From a virus (taxonomy: Duplodnaviria > Caudoviricetes): a stretch of 38,490 bases of DNA. The stretch is taken from the IMG/VR virus record IMGVR_UViG_3300017978_000280, positions 1 through 38,490 of that record, one strand, 5' to 3'. Position 1 is the stretch's first letter, and each line of letters begins with the position of its first letter. The position numbers and the translations under genes were made by a program. The notes under the pieces are model-generated. The model was not told the DNA's origin, did no database searches, and saw nothing but the letters and a program-made list of their open reading frames with translations. Positions 19,183-28,251 of the stretch are shown here, piece after piece.

Positions 19183-20328
19183 TTATTCAACGGTAAAGTC
19201 ATCAATCGCTAGGGTAGCGATTGCTGGACGGTTATCTGTATCAGCGACCATTGATGTGCCGGATGATACAGCTATGACGAGCGATGCAGGCAAGTTCTTC
19301 TTACCTACAACACGCTCGATCTGCGGTGGCGACTTCAACTTCTTTTCGTAGATGTCGTCGTCATCGAGACCTTCTTCTGTGGCCCAAGCCACAAACTCTT
19401 CTTCAACACGCCAGCGGCGCGTCGGTCGTTTCTCCACCAGCTTGTAGCCGGGAAGCGCCTCGCCAGTTTCGAGTAGGCTATTGGCGTGGCGGCGCAAAGA
19501 CTTGATCCACTTTTCAAGCAGCGGAACCCTTTGCAGATAATCCGAAATCTCCTGTGGGGTTAGGTCATTGATGGTTCGTACTGTGCCAAACTCGTCTTGT
19601 GCAATCTCAAGGGCGTTGTTGCGCAGAGCCGAACAGGTTCCCGCCGCCAGACAAAACTTGCAGTGGTCGCCAGAGATGCGCGGTGCGTCCGGCTTCAGCG
19701 ACGCATGTGCTGCATCAATCAGGTCTGTGCCAAAGTCCATAATCTCGTCGCGGCTGTAGCTATGCGACCGCACCGGCCCATCAGGGTGCATGGCGCGTGG
19801 TTGTATAACGACCGTTATAACTTTATTGACCGGAGCCTTATCGCCAATCTCAAGGATAGCACCGAGCGCATAATATTTAAGCTGCTCGTTGTCTGCGACT
19901 TCGACCGCAACGCCTTGGCCGTGCTTATAGTCGAGGACATAAAGCGTTCCGCTTTCTTTGCCATAGATGATGCAGTCCGCCGTGCCGAACATCGGCATGG
20001 GCGGATCAAGTTTGTCTAGGCTGAAGCGTTTTTCATAGCGACACAGGCTCGGCTCCAACGCAGCCGTTTCGCGGATGTGGTCGATGTAAACCTGCACCGC
20101 ACGGGCCATGTTGTCGTCAACCTTGTGGCCGTTATGCTCTTGGCCAATGAAGGCGAAGGCATCTTCGTGTCCATTGACTAAGCAGAACTCACCGAGTTCA
20201 TGCGCAGCCGTACCAAGTTCGGCGTAGGGTGAACTCTCGTTAGGGAACGGAGCCTCGGCGTTGAGTGAGCCGGGGCAGTTGATGCGGCGCTTCGCATTCG
20301 ACGCGCCAAACTTAGCATGTGCTGTCAT
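19183..20328 (-). CDS. DUF2800 family PD-(D/E)XK (Cas4-like) nuclease
   Basis: HA..GAS...R...CPGS, GT.AH, FGTAD, DYKHG.G, QL..YALG, C.FC motifs; ATGA overlap with polA. Confidence 0.85.
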   Translation of the reverse strand: MTAHAKFGASNAKRRINCPGSLNAEAPFPNESSPYAELGTAAHELGEFCLVNGHEDAFAFIGQEHNGHKVDDNMARAVQVYIDHIRETAALEPSLCRYEKRFSLDKLDPPMPMFGTADCIIYGKESGTLYVLDYKHGQGVAVEVADNEQLKYYALGAILEIGDKAPVNKVITVVIQPRAMHPDGPVRSHSYSRDEIMDFGTDLIDAAHASLKPDAPRISGDHCKFCLAAGTCSALRNNALEIAQDEFGTVRTINDLTPQEISDYLQRVPLLEKWIKSLRRHANSLLETGEALPGYKLVEKRPTRRWRVEEEFVAWATEEGLDDDDIYEKKLKSPPQIERVVGKKNLPASLVIAVSSGTSMVADTDNRPAIATLAIDDFTVE

Positions 20329-22232
20329 TTCCGATACCTCTTTCCTTCTTTGCCCTCGGCGTTGATTGGGCAGCCTTGCGCCCATGCCGGAACTTGTGTC
20401 ATGATGTCAATCATTTCGTCAAGCGAACCAAAACCATCTGGCACTTCGCAAATGATTTCATCGTGAACGGACAGGATTACCGGGTAGCCTTTAATCTCTA
20501 ACGCCATCATGGCGGTGGCCATCATGTCACGGGCGGTCGCTTGCACCACGTTCTCCGTCAGCAGGCCACCCCAGATAATCTGAGACACCCACTGTCGCGT
20601 CACACTATTCAACGTATCGACTTGCGCTGTATCTCTCATCGCACCCCAAGGAGTTTCACGCTGAATGATGCGCGGATTGTGGTACGTAAGCGACCGCCCG
20701 CTAGGTAATGGAAGCCCGACGGTCTTAACCCTGCCTGCTTCCTTCACCATATCTACAAAGTCTTGCTCAACATCTCGCCAGTACTGCGCGATCCTGTGGT
20801 TCTTCTCACGGTAGACAGCCACGATGCGCTTAGCTTCGTCCTCGTCTACCTTGATGCCCATCGTGGCGCACTGCTCGGCGAAGCGTTTGCCCCCCATGCC
20901 GTAGCCGCAACCCAAGATTGCCATCTTACCAACCTGCCGCTGTCCGTCAGTGACGCTCTCCACGTCCACGTTGTAGATGGCCGATGCCATTTCTTTATAC
21001 ACGTCTCCCCCCTTTCGGAACGTCTCAACGAGATCGCTCTGCCCTGCTACCCACGCAAGAACGCGGGCCTCGATTGCCGAGTAGTCGGCAAACATTAGTC
21101 GATGGCCATCTTCGGCTATCAGCATCGAACGCAACAGGTCGGACGCCAGAACCGTTCCGGCCCCATGCTCCGACACATCCTTATCCGCTTTGAGTTTGGC
21201 AATGATCTCGTCCAACTCGTCTTGTTTCTTTTGCGGACGTGGGAAGTTCTGCGGCTGCACCAAGCGCCCAGACCACCGGCCCGTTGCCGCGCCGTGATAC
21301 ATGAGAAGGCCGCGCATACGGTCGTCAGCGTTGGCTGCGTTGACCATCGCGTCATACTTAGCGGTGCTAGACTTTGCGCCGTCTTGGCGTAGCTTCAGCA
21401 CTTGCTTGATGATGGGGTGCAGCCCGTCCATAGCAAGCATCCGCGTCACGGTCTGCTTGTCCACGGAGTTGACGTTTAACTCATAGCCACGAAGCCACGC
21501 AGTTAAGTCCATTGCGTTCGTCGCTGCTTTGACTTGACCGTTCGTAAGGCGCTTCATCTCTGCGTCAATGTTTTCCGACGCATCATTAGCAAGTTTGCTA
21601 ACTCGGTCGATCAGGTCGATGTCAACCTTAACACCACGGTCGTTGATGCGCTGGTCGAGTTGATAGAGACGACGTTCAGCGTCGGGCATTGCGTTCAGTG
21701 TCTCAGCTACCGACAGTTCCGTCCGCACGTCCTGTCGGCAATAAGCGACAAGCTGCTCAATCTTATCCTTCGTGTTCCACCAAGTGTAGCTGCCGTCGGC
21801 GTTCACCTTACGTGGCCGTGCCATCCGGAGCATAAGGGCCGCGCCGGTCTTATCCTTCTGTTCTTCGACACCGAGGACAGCAGCGGCTTGACCTAGCGCA
21901 CGAGGTAGTCCCATCGCGCTGGCCTGCGCCATCGTGCAGCGCCATTGATTGATGCGAGTGTCAGGCCACTGATAGCGGCCAACCATAATCTCGTTCCAGA
22001 TTGTGCGTTCGAAGTTGGCGTTCCATGCTGACAGCAATCCGCCCGCCCTGATCCAATCTTCCAGATAGGGGTCTACCGCATCGCCCGGCTGCCATACTAG
22101 CACGTCGTCAGACCACGGCGCTTTGTATGCCATGCACCAGATGTCAGTCGATTGGTCAGCGGCGTACTTATAGACGCCTGTCTTGCGAAGATCGACGGCG
22201 CTACGCGTCTCGAAGTCGATGCTTACTACCAT
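20325..22232 (-). CDS. polA: family A DNA polymerase with 3'-5' exonuclease (APSE-like)
   Basis: DFETRS (ExoI), ATGRWSG, DYSAIEARV (motif A), RQVGKMAILGCGYG (motif B), VHDE (motif C). Confidence 0.95.
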   Translation of the reverse strand: MVVSIDFETRSAVDLRKTGVYKYAADQSTDIWCMAYKAPWSDDVLVWQPGDAVDPYLEDWIRAGGLLSAWNANFERTIWNEIMVGRYQWPDTRINQWRCTMAQASAMGLPRALGQAAAVLGVEEQKDKTGAALMLRMARPRKVNADGSYTWWNTKDKIEQLVAYCRQDVRTELSVAETLNAMPDAERRLYQLDQRINDRGVKVDIDLIDRVSKLANDASENIDAEMKRLTNGQVKAATNAMDLTAWLRGYELNVNSVDKQTVTRMLAMDGLHPIIKQVLKLRQDGAKSSTAKYDAMVNAANADDRMRGLLMYHGAATGRWSGRLVQPQNFPRPQKKQDELDEIIAKLKADKDVSEHGAGTVLASDLLRSMLIAEDGHRLMFADYSAIEARVLAWVAGQSDLVETFRKGGDVYKEMASAIYNVDVESVTDGQRQVGKMAILGCGYGMGGKRFAEQCATMGIKVDEDEAKRIVAVYREKNHRIAQYWRDVEQDFVDMVKEAGRVKTVGLPLPSGRSLTYHNPRIIQRETPWGAMRDTAQVDTLNSVTRQWVSQIIWGGLLTENVVQATARDMMATAMMALEIKGYPVILSVHDEIICEVPDGFGSLDEMIDIMTQVPAWAQGCPINAEGKEGKRYRK

Positions 22233-22279
22233 GCTCTTTCCCTCTTTTTCGTCGGTGTCACGTTTGCTTTCCGTATAGT

Positions 22280-22344
22280 TGGCACAAACAGCATAGTGTC
22301 GTCAACAAAAAAAAGTTCTTGCGTTCGATATTGAAACTGTGCCA
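22280..22344. promoter_or_regulatory. divergent promoter pair for the two replication operons
   Basis: - strand TTGACG...TGTGCCA and + strand TTGCGT...TGTGCCA, back to back around an A8 tract. Confidence 0.55.
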
Positions 22345-22376
22345 CCCAAGAAGGGTAACAACAAATGAGGGAGTTT

Positions 22377-23147
22377 ATGTCTAACAGTTTTATGCCGTGG
22401 CGCGCCGAAGAGGACGCTACACTCACAGAACTTTACCATAAGAATCTGACATACGCGCAGATCGGGGAGGTGCTTGGCCGTTCTGCCGACGCCGTCGATA
22501 CTCGGCGTAGAAAGATAGGGCTGAAGCGGGAGTTCGTTTCCCATAAATCGCCACCGCCGGAAGACCTACGGGAATTGGCGCGCACTATGAACGTGTCGCA
22601 ACTCGTTAAACATTATGGCCGGATTAGGTCGGTGGTTGTTCGTTGGATGGACGAACTTAAACTTACGGAGATCGTTGTCAGTTCAAGCGGAAGGAAGCGG
22701 TCTGTTCCGGATAACTTCTGCACGATGGCCCCGACCATGACATGCGCTCAACTTATGCGTCTATACGGCAGCGACCGCAGGACGATTAAGGGTTGGCTTA
22801 AAGAGACGGGAACCGTCGCTGTATCAAAGACGGAACGATACGCCGAGGTAACTAAGTTCGTCCCAGCCGATACAAAAGAAGAGGAGACGGTCGCTCGGCG
22901 GGAGTTTAACGGCCACACGAAATTGATCGCGGCGGAGGCTGCGAACTTTCTGCGCCGCACGCACCCGTCGGTCCATCGTGCGGATATACGGATGTACGAG
23001 CAGTCGGCGCACACATGGGGCGACGTGAAGAACGTACCCTTCCGGGGCGTCAATCAGTATTTTGTTTCTGGGAAAGGCATCATGTGGATTGACGACCTCA
23101 TCGCCTATGCTCAGTCAAAAGGGTTTACAATCAAGGAGTTAATTTAA
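22377..23147 (+). CDS. multi-HTH DNA-binding protein with GcrA/Myb-like N-terminus
   Basis: W..EED..L.ELY......QI...LGRS..AV..R...IGL, then two further HTH-like repeats; GAGGGAG SD. Confidence 0.6.
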   Translation: MSNSFMPWRAEEDATLTELYHKNLTYAQIGEVLGRSADAVDTRRRKIGLKREFVSHKSPPPEDLRELARTMNVSQLVKHYGRIRSVVVRWMDELKLTEIVVSSSGRKRSVPDNFCTMAPTMTCAQLMRLYGSDRRTIKGWLKETGTVAVSKTERYAEVTKFVPADTKEEETVARREFNGHTKLIAAEAANFLRRTHPSVHRADIRMYEQSAHTWGDVKNVPFRGVNQYFVSGKGIMWIDDLIAYAQSKGFTIKELI

Positions 23148-23317
23148 TGACACGTATTACAAAAACTACTGAAGAAAAAGCCACGGTTCAGGAAGCGCCT
23201 GTCGTGAATGAAAAGGAAGCCATCGTTGCTTGGCTTCGCTCAGGTAAGATGAACATGTTCGAACGCAACACCCGCTGGTTGGCGGACCGGATTACAGAAG
23301 GGGATCATTTGAAATGA
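23147..23317 (+). CDS. hypothetical protein, 56 aa (not in ORF track)
   Basis: AAGGAG SD; TAATG and ATGA overlaps on both sides. Confidence 0.7.
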   Translation: MTRITKTTEEKATVQEAPVVNEKEAIVAWLRSGKMNMFERNTRWLADRITEGDHLK

Positions 23318-23562
23318 AACAGGTATTAGCAGCACAACTGGCCGAGTGGATCGACAACAACGCACAAGGCTTCGTCCGACGGGACGGCAACATAATAAAT
23401 ATCGAAGGCAAGATTGATGCTTACGAACTTCTCGTATATGCGCAGTCGCTTCCGCCAGCCAGAAGCACGGCGCAAATTTATGCGGACAACAAAGTGTCCT
23501 ACACTGGCTGGTCTGTAAACGCTGTGGTTGAAGGTGCGGACTATGTATTTGTAGAGGACTAA
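23314..23562 (+). CDS. hypothetical protein
   Basis: 82-aa ORF translationally coupled in operon. Confidence 0.65.
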   Translation: MKQVLAAQLAEWIDNNAQGFVRRDGNIINIEGKIDAYELLVYAQSLPPARSTAQIYADNKVSYTGWSVNAVVEGADYVFVED

Positions 23563-23564
23563 TC

Positions 23565-23786
23565 ATGGACAAAGTAAGATGGACCGATGATGAACAAGAA
23601 GTGGAGTTTATTCCAGTATTCATCATCGGTTTTGAAGAAGAGTTTGAACGCGGCGTAATACTAACGACGCCTGCGTATACGGTATTAACCGACGCCGAAC
23701 CTGAGTTTGCGCTCTACGCCATTGACGCGGCGGTAGATATGCTGATGCAGAGACGGGACCAAATCGAAAAGAGGGAGTTGCACTGA
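23565..23786 (+). CDS. hypothetical acidic protein
   Basis: GAGGA SD; TGATG overlap with primase. Confidence 0.65.
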   Translation: MDKVRWTDDEQEVEFIPVFIIGFEEEFERGVILTTPAYTVLTDAEPEFALYAIDAAVDMLMQRRDQIEKRELH

Positions 23787-26260
23787 TGAAGTTTAAGACA
23801 CTGTATGAGATTGGGTTCACCGATCTCGTGTCCGTTATCCCGCCGAACGCTGAGTTGTCAGCCATGTCTAAAATCCAAGCGGATCAGGCAGGCAAAGCAC
23901 CCGGTCGGCAGAACGCGCAGGGCACATGGGGCGGCTATGCTTGGCAGGACTATGTGCCGACGCCTAACGACGTTGAGCGGTGGGACCGCAGCCACGCTAA
24001 TATCGGCTTGAAGGCAAGCAAATATCCTGCGGTTGACATTGATGTTGTCAACGAGGGGCTGGCTCGTGTCATTGGCGATATGGCGGTGAAGGCATTGGGC
24101 AAAGCCCCGATGCGTATCGGTCGTTTCCCCAAGCGGCTGTTCATGTATCGGGCTGAGGAAAAGATTGGCCGTATGCAGGTGCGGTTCCGTGATGGTCGCG
24201 GGGTCGAGCAGCTTGTAGAGTTTCTAGGGGACGGGCAGCAATACGTCATCGCCGGTATTCACCCTATCACTAAGGAGCCATACAGTCTTGATGTGGACTT
24301 GGAGACACGTGGCCCGGCTGGGTTGAGGAAGGTAACGCGGGAAAAGATTGAGCAGTTCTTTGCTGATCTGACGGAGACGTTGGAGATGATGGGCTGCGAG
24401 ATTATCCACGCGGACAAGACGGCACAGAAGGCAGTCGAGCGGCAGTCGGTTGATCAGGCTTCGCTTACTGCGCCAAGCGTTGTCCATGTGGCTGCTGCGG
24501 TGACTGCTATCCCGAACAAGACCGAACATTTCCCCGACCGCGATGACTATATTCGCATGGGCTACGCCATCAAGGCAGCATGTGGCCCGGATAATGAGGC
24601 GGATGCGTTCGAGATATTCGCAGGCTGGGCCGAGCGTTGGGAAGACGGGGTAAACTCGCTCGATACTATCGAAGCAGACTTCGGTCGTATGCACCCGCCC
24701 TATGAGTTGGGTTGGGACTGGCTGGCCGGTAAGGCCGCGACCTTTGGCTACAAGCGCGAGGTCGATGAGTTCGATGTGGCGGACTTCAGCGACGAAGACT
24801 TCGGCGTGGTGGCCTCGGCGGGTGAGACACCGGTTGAGTATAGTGACATTGCATTGGCGCAGCGCGTTGCTCGGTTACACGTTTCGGATATCCGATACGT
24901 TGTGGGCGGCATGGGCTGGGTCGCATGGGACGGCAACAAGTGGGCGGTGGACGTGGCCAAGAAGCACCTGTCCATTGTCCGCAAGGTCTGCGCGAACGCA
25001 TCCGCCGAAGCCTTGGAAAAGATAGACAGCCCGCAAAAGGGTGAGCGGATCGCGCAGCGTGTGGCGTCGTATAATGTGATTGCAAACGTGGCGAAGCTGG
25101 CGGCAGTTGAGCCGTCGATGCAGGCGACCACCGAGCAGCTAGACGCGGACATCTATATCCTCAACACTCGGTCGGGCATGGTGGACTTGAAGACGGGGGT
25201 CTTGTTTGCGCACGATCGTTCTCGCATGTGCACAAAATGCACATCGGTCGAGGCGGACTTCAGCAAGCCAGCCCCGCAATGGCAAGCGTTCCTCAATGAG
25301 GCGTGCAACGGTGACGCGGAGATGATCTCTTACCTTCAACGCCTTGCGGGATATTCCGCGACTGGTAGCACCAAAGAGCATGTGCTTGCCTTCGCCCACG
25401 GGTCCGGCGGTAATGGCAAAGGGACGTTCCTGGGGGCGATAGGCAATATCCTTGGCGATTATGCCACCGTGGCCAGTGCGGACGTGTTCCTCGCGTCGAA
25501 CAATCAGCGGCATCCCACAGAGTTGGCGTCGTTGATGGGTGCAAGGCTCGTTCACGCCCAGGAGATTGACCCGTCGCGCAAGTGGGACGAAGCCAAGGTC
25601 AAGGCGCTGACTGGCGGGGATAAGATTAGTGCGCGCTTCATGCGGCAGGATTTGTTTGAGTTCAATCCGCAGTTCACGTTGATTATCGCGGGCAATACGA
25701 AGCCAGAGATTACCAACGTGGACGATGCTATGCGTCGGCGTATGCACCTCATCCCGTTCGAGACTAAGCCAGTCCGTAAGGACATGGACTTGCCGGACAA
25801 GCTGAAGGAAGAATATCCCGCGATTCTAGCATGGGTTATCGAAGGCGCGAAGGCTTGGCTTGAGCAGGGTCTAAACCCACCGCAGGCAGTAATCCAAGCT
25901 ACCGATGAGTATCTCGCAGGAGAGGACGCATTGGCCCGCTGGATCAGTGAACGCTGCGTGGCTGGTGCGGACAATGAGATGGGCACGACCGAAGCGTTCA
26001 ATGACTTCCGCGACTGGTGCAAGGATAACAACGAAGCCAAGGGCAAGGACTGGTCGCAGCGTAAATTCACAGCAGAGATGAAGACGCATGGCTATGACCA
26101 CACAAAAGATCGGGCGACACGTACGAAGCGTGTGTTCCGTGGTCTTGAACTTCTCATAGGCGATGAAGACTATATGGTTATCAACGCCATGATTGATGAG
26201 CAGTCCGACGATTTCTTCGGCGTTCAGATTAACTTCAAAGCAGGCGAAGGGGATGACTAA
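23786..26260 (+). CDS. primase-polymerase / PriCT-2 / D5-type SF3 helicase (P4-family primase)
   Basis: NIGL...AVDID prim-pol motif, DYIRMGYAIK...F..W, WDG.KW, G.VDL.TG, Walker A GSGGNGKGT, K.LTGGD.I.ARFM. Confidence 0.9.
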   Translation: MKFKTLYEIGFTDLVSVIPPNAELSAMSKIQADQAGKAPGRQNAQGTWGGYAWQDYVPTPNDVERWDRSHANIGLKASKYPAVDIDVVNEGLARVIGDMAVKALGKAPMRIGRFPKRLFMYRAEEKIGRMQVRFRDGRGVEQLVEFLGDGQQYVIAGIHPITKEPYSLDVDLETRGPAGLRKVTREKIEQFFADLTETLEMMGCEIIHADKTAQKAVERQSVDQASLTAPSVVHVAAAVTAIPNKTEHFPDRDDYIRMGYAIKAACGPDNEADAFEIFAGWAERWEDGVNSLDTIEADFGRMHPPYELGWDWLAGKAATFGYKREVDEFDVADFSDEDFGVVASAGETPVEYSDIALAQRVARLHVSDIRYVVGGMGWVAWDGNKWAVDVAKKHLSIVRKVCANASAEALEKIDSPQKGERIAQRVASYNVIANVAKLAAVEPSMQATTEQLDADIYILNTRSGMVDLKTGVLFAHDRSRMCTKCTSVEADFSKPAPQWQAFLNEACNGDAEMISYLQRLAGYSATGSTKEHVLAFAHGSGGNGKGTFLGAIGNILGDYATVASADVFLASNNQRHPTELASLMGARLVHAQEIDPSRKWDEAKVKALTGGDKISARFMRQDLFEFNPQFTLIIAGNTKPEITNVDDAMRRRMHLIPFETKPVRKDMDLPDKLKEEYPAILAWVIEGAKAWLEQGLNPPQAVIQATDEYLAGEDALARWISERCVAGADNEMGTTEAFNDFRDWCKDNNEAKGKDWSQRKFTAEMKTHGYDHTKDRATRTKRVFRGLELLIGDEDYMVINAMIDEQSDDFFGVQINFKAGEGDD

Positions 26261-26553
26261 TGTATGGGAATGATTTTATGCGATACAAAGAGATTAGGGA
26301 TGCGCTCAACGCCGATGTGGTCGATGGGGTAGATGTGGTCAATAGCCCACCGCACTATAAGACCGGAGGCATCGAGGCCATCGAAGGGATCGAAGCGTCG
26401 ATGGGTCCGGAGGCATATGCTGGCTACCTCAAGGGCAATATCATGAAATATATGTGGCGCTATGAGAGGAAGGGGAAGCCGATTGAGGACTTAAAGAAGG
26501 CCCGATGGTATCTTGACCGGCTCATAGGTTTACGTGAACGTAAAGCAGACTAA
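26260..26553 (+). CDS. DUF3310 (SaV-like) protein
   Basis: VNSPPHY...IE.I, GN.MKY.WR...K, EDLKKARWYL motifs. Confidence 0.9.
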   Translation: MYGNDFMRYKEIRDALNADVVDGVDVVNSPPHYKTGGIEAIEGIEASMGPEAYAGYLKGNIMKYMWRYERKGKPIEDLKKARWYLDRLIGLRERKAD

Positions 26554-26577
26554 GGGGGCTTCGGCTCCCTTTTTTTT
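26552..26577 (+). terminator. rho-independent terminator
   Basis: aagggggc-ttcg-gctccctt followed by a T run. Confidence 0.85.
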
Positions 26578-26582
26578 GATTT

Positions 26583-26862
26583 GGGGACGGATACGAAAAA
26601 GTTGGGGACGCTTTGGGGACGCTTTGGGGACGGATAAATATGAGGACTTCTGCGGTCGGGGACGGAAGGGACGGATAATTCTGACATGATTGGCTCTTAC
26701 GACAGTAACAGTGTTACCCATGTACATTTTACAATGTTACTTACATAGGCCAACTAATGGTCGTTCAAACCCGTCCCGAGCGTCCCGAGCCGCCTAAGAG
26801 CTGGGTTTTATCCGTCCCCAAAGCGTCCCCGAAGTGTCCCCGATTTTCTGAAAGCGTCCCGA
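26583..26862. repeat. 280-bp imperfect palindrome of convergent GGGAC(G) iterons; putative replication origin
   Basis: Six GGGAC on the left, six GTCCC on the right; perfect 24-bp IR 26615-26638/26807-26830; AT-rich centre. Confidence 0.75.
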
Positions 26863-26876
26863 ACCGCAGTTTTCCG

Positions 26877-27398
26877 TTAATCGTCGTCAAACACACCCGG
26901 CAAGTCGTCCGCATCGAGGTTATGAGAGCCGACTTGCTTGGGTGGCGTGATGTCGATGGTGACTTCTTGCTCAGACTCATGTGGATTTGATGACGCCAAG
27001 TTTAGCTGGCGCAGTGCATCAAGATGGAGTTGGTTCACGTTGACTTGGACCGCTGCGGTCGGCTTGGCTTGGAACTTCTCCGGAGCAGCAACACCCGCCA
27101 GCCATTTGCGCGTCTCGATCTTGAGCCTGTCGGCATTGGCCGAGACGTTATCGGAGGCGTCGGCAATGTCGAGGCACTCGTCCGCCCATTGATCCGCCGC
27201 GATTGTCCGCGCCTGCTTGAACCGCTCCTCCCTGTCGGGGTCTTTGCGTATCCAATGGTAGAGGGATAGGTTGCTGATGTTCAATTCACGGGCGAGGCCA
27301 GCCATTGTCATGCCGGAAGCAATCTTCTCCAGCAAAACAGTCTCGCCAACCTTGTCTAAGTTTGACGCAATGGTGCGTCGTTTAATATGTCCGGCCAT
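26877..27398 (-). CDS. terS: terminase small subunit (Sf6 gp1-like)
   Basis: HTH (IASG.TM..LA...SLYHW), AR...AD..ADE.LDIAD, RLKIETRKW...P.K motifs. Confidence 0.8.
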   Translation of the reverse strand: MAGHIKRRTIASNLDKVGETVLLEKIASGMTMAGLARELNISNLSLYHWIRKDPDREERFKQARTIAADQWADECLDIADASDNVSANADRLKIETRKWLAGVAAPEKFQAKPTAAVQVNVNQLHLDALRQLNLASSNPHESEQEVTIDITPPKQVGSHNLDADDLPGVFDDD

Positions 27399-27618
27399 CG
27401 TCTATTTCCTTTTCATGCTGAATAACAAGCCGTGTTAAGTATACCGCCAAGACCAGTGCCGTGGCAAATGCGGTGGATGCGAAGGCGATTTGCCAGCCGC
27501 TGCCCAATAAATAGAAGGGCAACGCCACCAACCCCGCCACAAACGCTCCGGGGGCCAACATGAGGGCGAAAACATACGGCCCACCTATCAGACACCAGAC
27601 AATAGAACGCCATGTCAT
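27382..27618 (-). CDS. hypothetical membrane protein
   Basis: 78 aa with hydrophobic helices; overlaps terS start. Confidence 0.6.
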   Translation of the reverse strand: MTWRSIVWCLIGGPYVFALMLAPGAFVAGLVALPFYLLGSGWQIAFASTAFATALVLAVYLTRLVIQHEKEIDDGRTY

Positions 27619-27707
27619 AGCCTATATGCCTCTATAAGCCCGTATAAAGCCCATAGAGAGGCATATAGGGCGATTGCTAGGTAACAGTCCCGGTTGTAGC
27701 TATGCAC
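27615..27707 (-). CDS. 30-aa hydrophobic peptide (not in ORF track)
   Basis: GTG start after GGAG; MHSYNRDCYLAIALYASLWALYGLIEAYRL; overlaps both neighbours. Confidence 0.5.
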   Translation of the reverse strand: MHSYNRDCYLAIALYASLWALYGLIEAYRL

Positions 27708-27879
27708 GCTCCAGACCCCTTAGAAACGTCTCTAAGAGGATAGCGACTGGAGCGGGCACTGAACGCCCGCCTTGCTCATAGTATCTTATCGACCTTTCGG
27801 ACAGCCCAATCTTGCGGGCGAGATGCCCCTGCGTCATGTTTAGCTTTTCGCGTGTTGCTTTAAATTCTTCGCTTGTCAT
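27700..27879 (-). CDS. XRE/Cro-family HTH protein, 59 aa (not in ORF track)
   Basis: MTSEEFKATREKLNMTQGHLARKIGLSERSIRYYEQGGRSVP, classic HTH_XRE; ATGA overlap. Confidence 0.85.
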   Translation of the reverse strand: MTSEEFKATREKLNMTQGHLARKIGLSERSIRYYEQGGRSVPAPVAILLETFLRGLERA

Positions 27880-28055
27880 TTCATCATGTCCTTTTCTGCA
27901 TCCTCGATCAATTCGATTGGCGGGTAGCGCAGATAGCAGACATGCTCGTCAGTTATCACGCCAAGAAATTCCAGATACTCCATCAGGCGGTAGGCCAAGG
28001 TTGCGCTTGCACGTTCGGTGTATCGGTCGAACGGCTCGTCATCGTTGTCGTTCAT
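27876..28055 (-). CDS. hypothetical acidic protein, 59 aa
   Basis: AGGAG SD; ATGA overlaps at both ends. Confidence 0.65.
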   Translation of the reverse strand: MNDNDDEPFDRYTERASATLAYRLMEYLEFLGVITDEHVCYLRYPPIELIEDAEKDMMK

Positions 28056-28189
28056 TTGCTCTGCTCCTGCTCTCTAAGGCGCTTGGCTTCCGCGAATGTC
28101 AGCCCCGCCGAATTGCGAAGCGGCCAAGCCTGGTCTGAACTTACCCGGTGGTTCCGGCCTAATGGCGCGGCCTGTTGTGGTTTAATCAT
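28052..28189 (-). CDS. hypothetical protein, 45 aa
   Basis: GGGGAGAG SD; coupled to the downstream ORF. Confidence 0.55.
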   Translation of the reverse strand: MIKPQQAAPLGRNHRVSSDQAWPLRNSAGLTFAEAKRLREQEQSK

Positions 28190-28251
28190 TATAACTCTCC
28201 CCATTTATTAGCCATTGCCTCCGCAATGCCTTTGTATGTTGTGCTGCTCCT
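28189..28251 (-). pseudogene. relic 3' end of a phage DNA cytosine-methylase-like gene
   Basis: Reads RSSTTYKGIAEAMANKWGEL*, matching the recalled RSxTYxGIAxAMAxQWG family C-terminus; rest of gene absent. Confidence 0.55.

Noticed and set aside
19183-20328. Cas4 indicating a CRISPR-Cas system
   Set aside because: Standard DUF2800 nuclease within the PolA-SSB replication module; no other cas genes or array.
26583-26862. CRISPR array or protelomerase telRL site
   Set aside because: Repeats are 6-11 bp without unique spacers; no cas or protelomerase gene, and the centre is not a long perfect palindrome.
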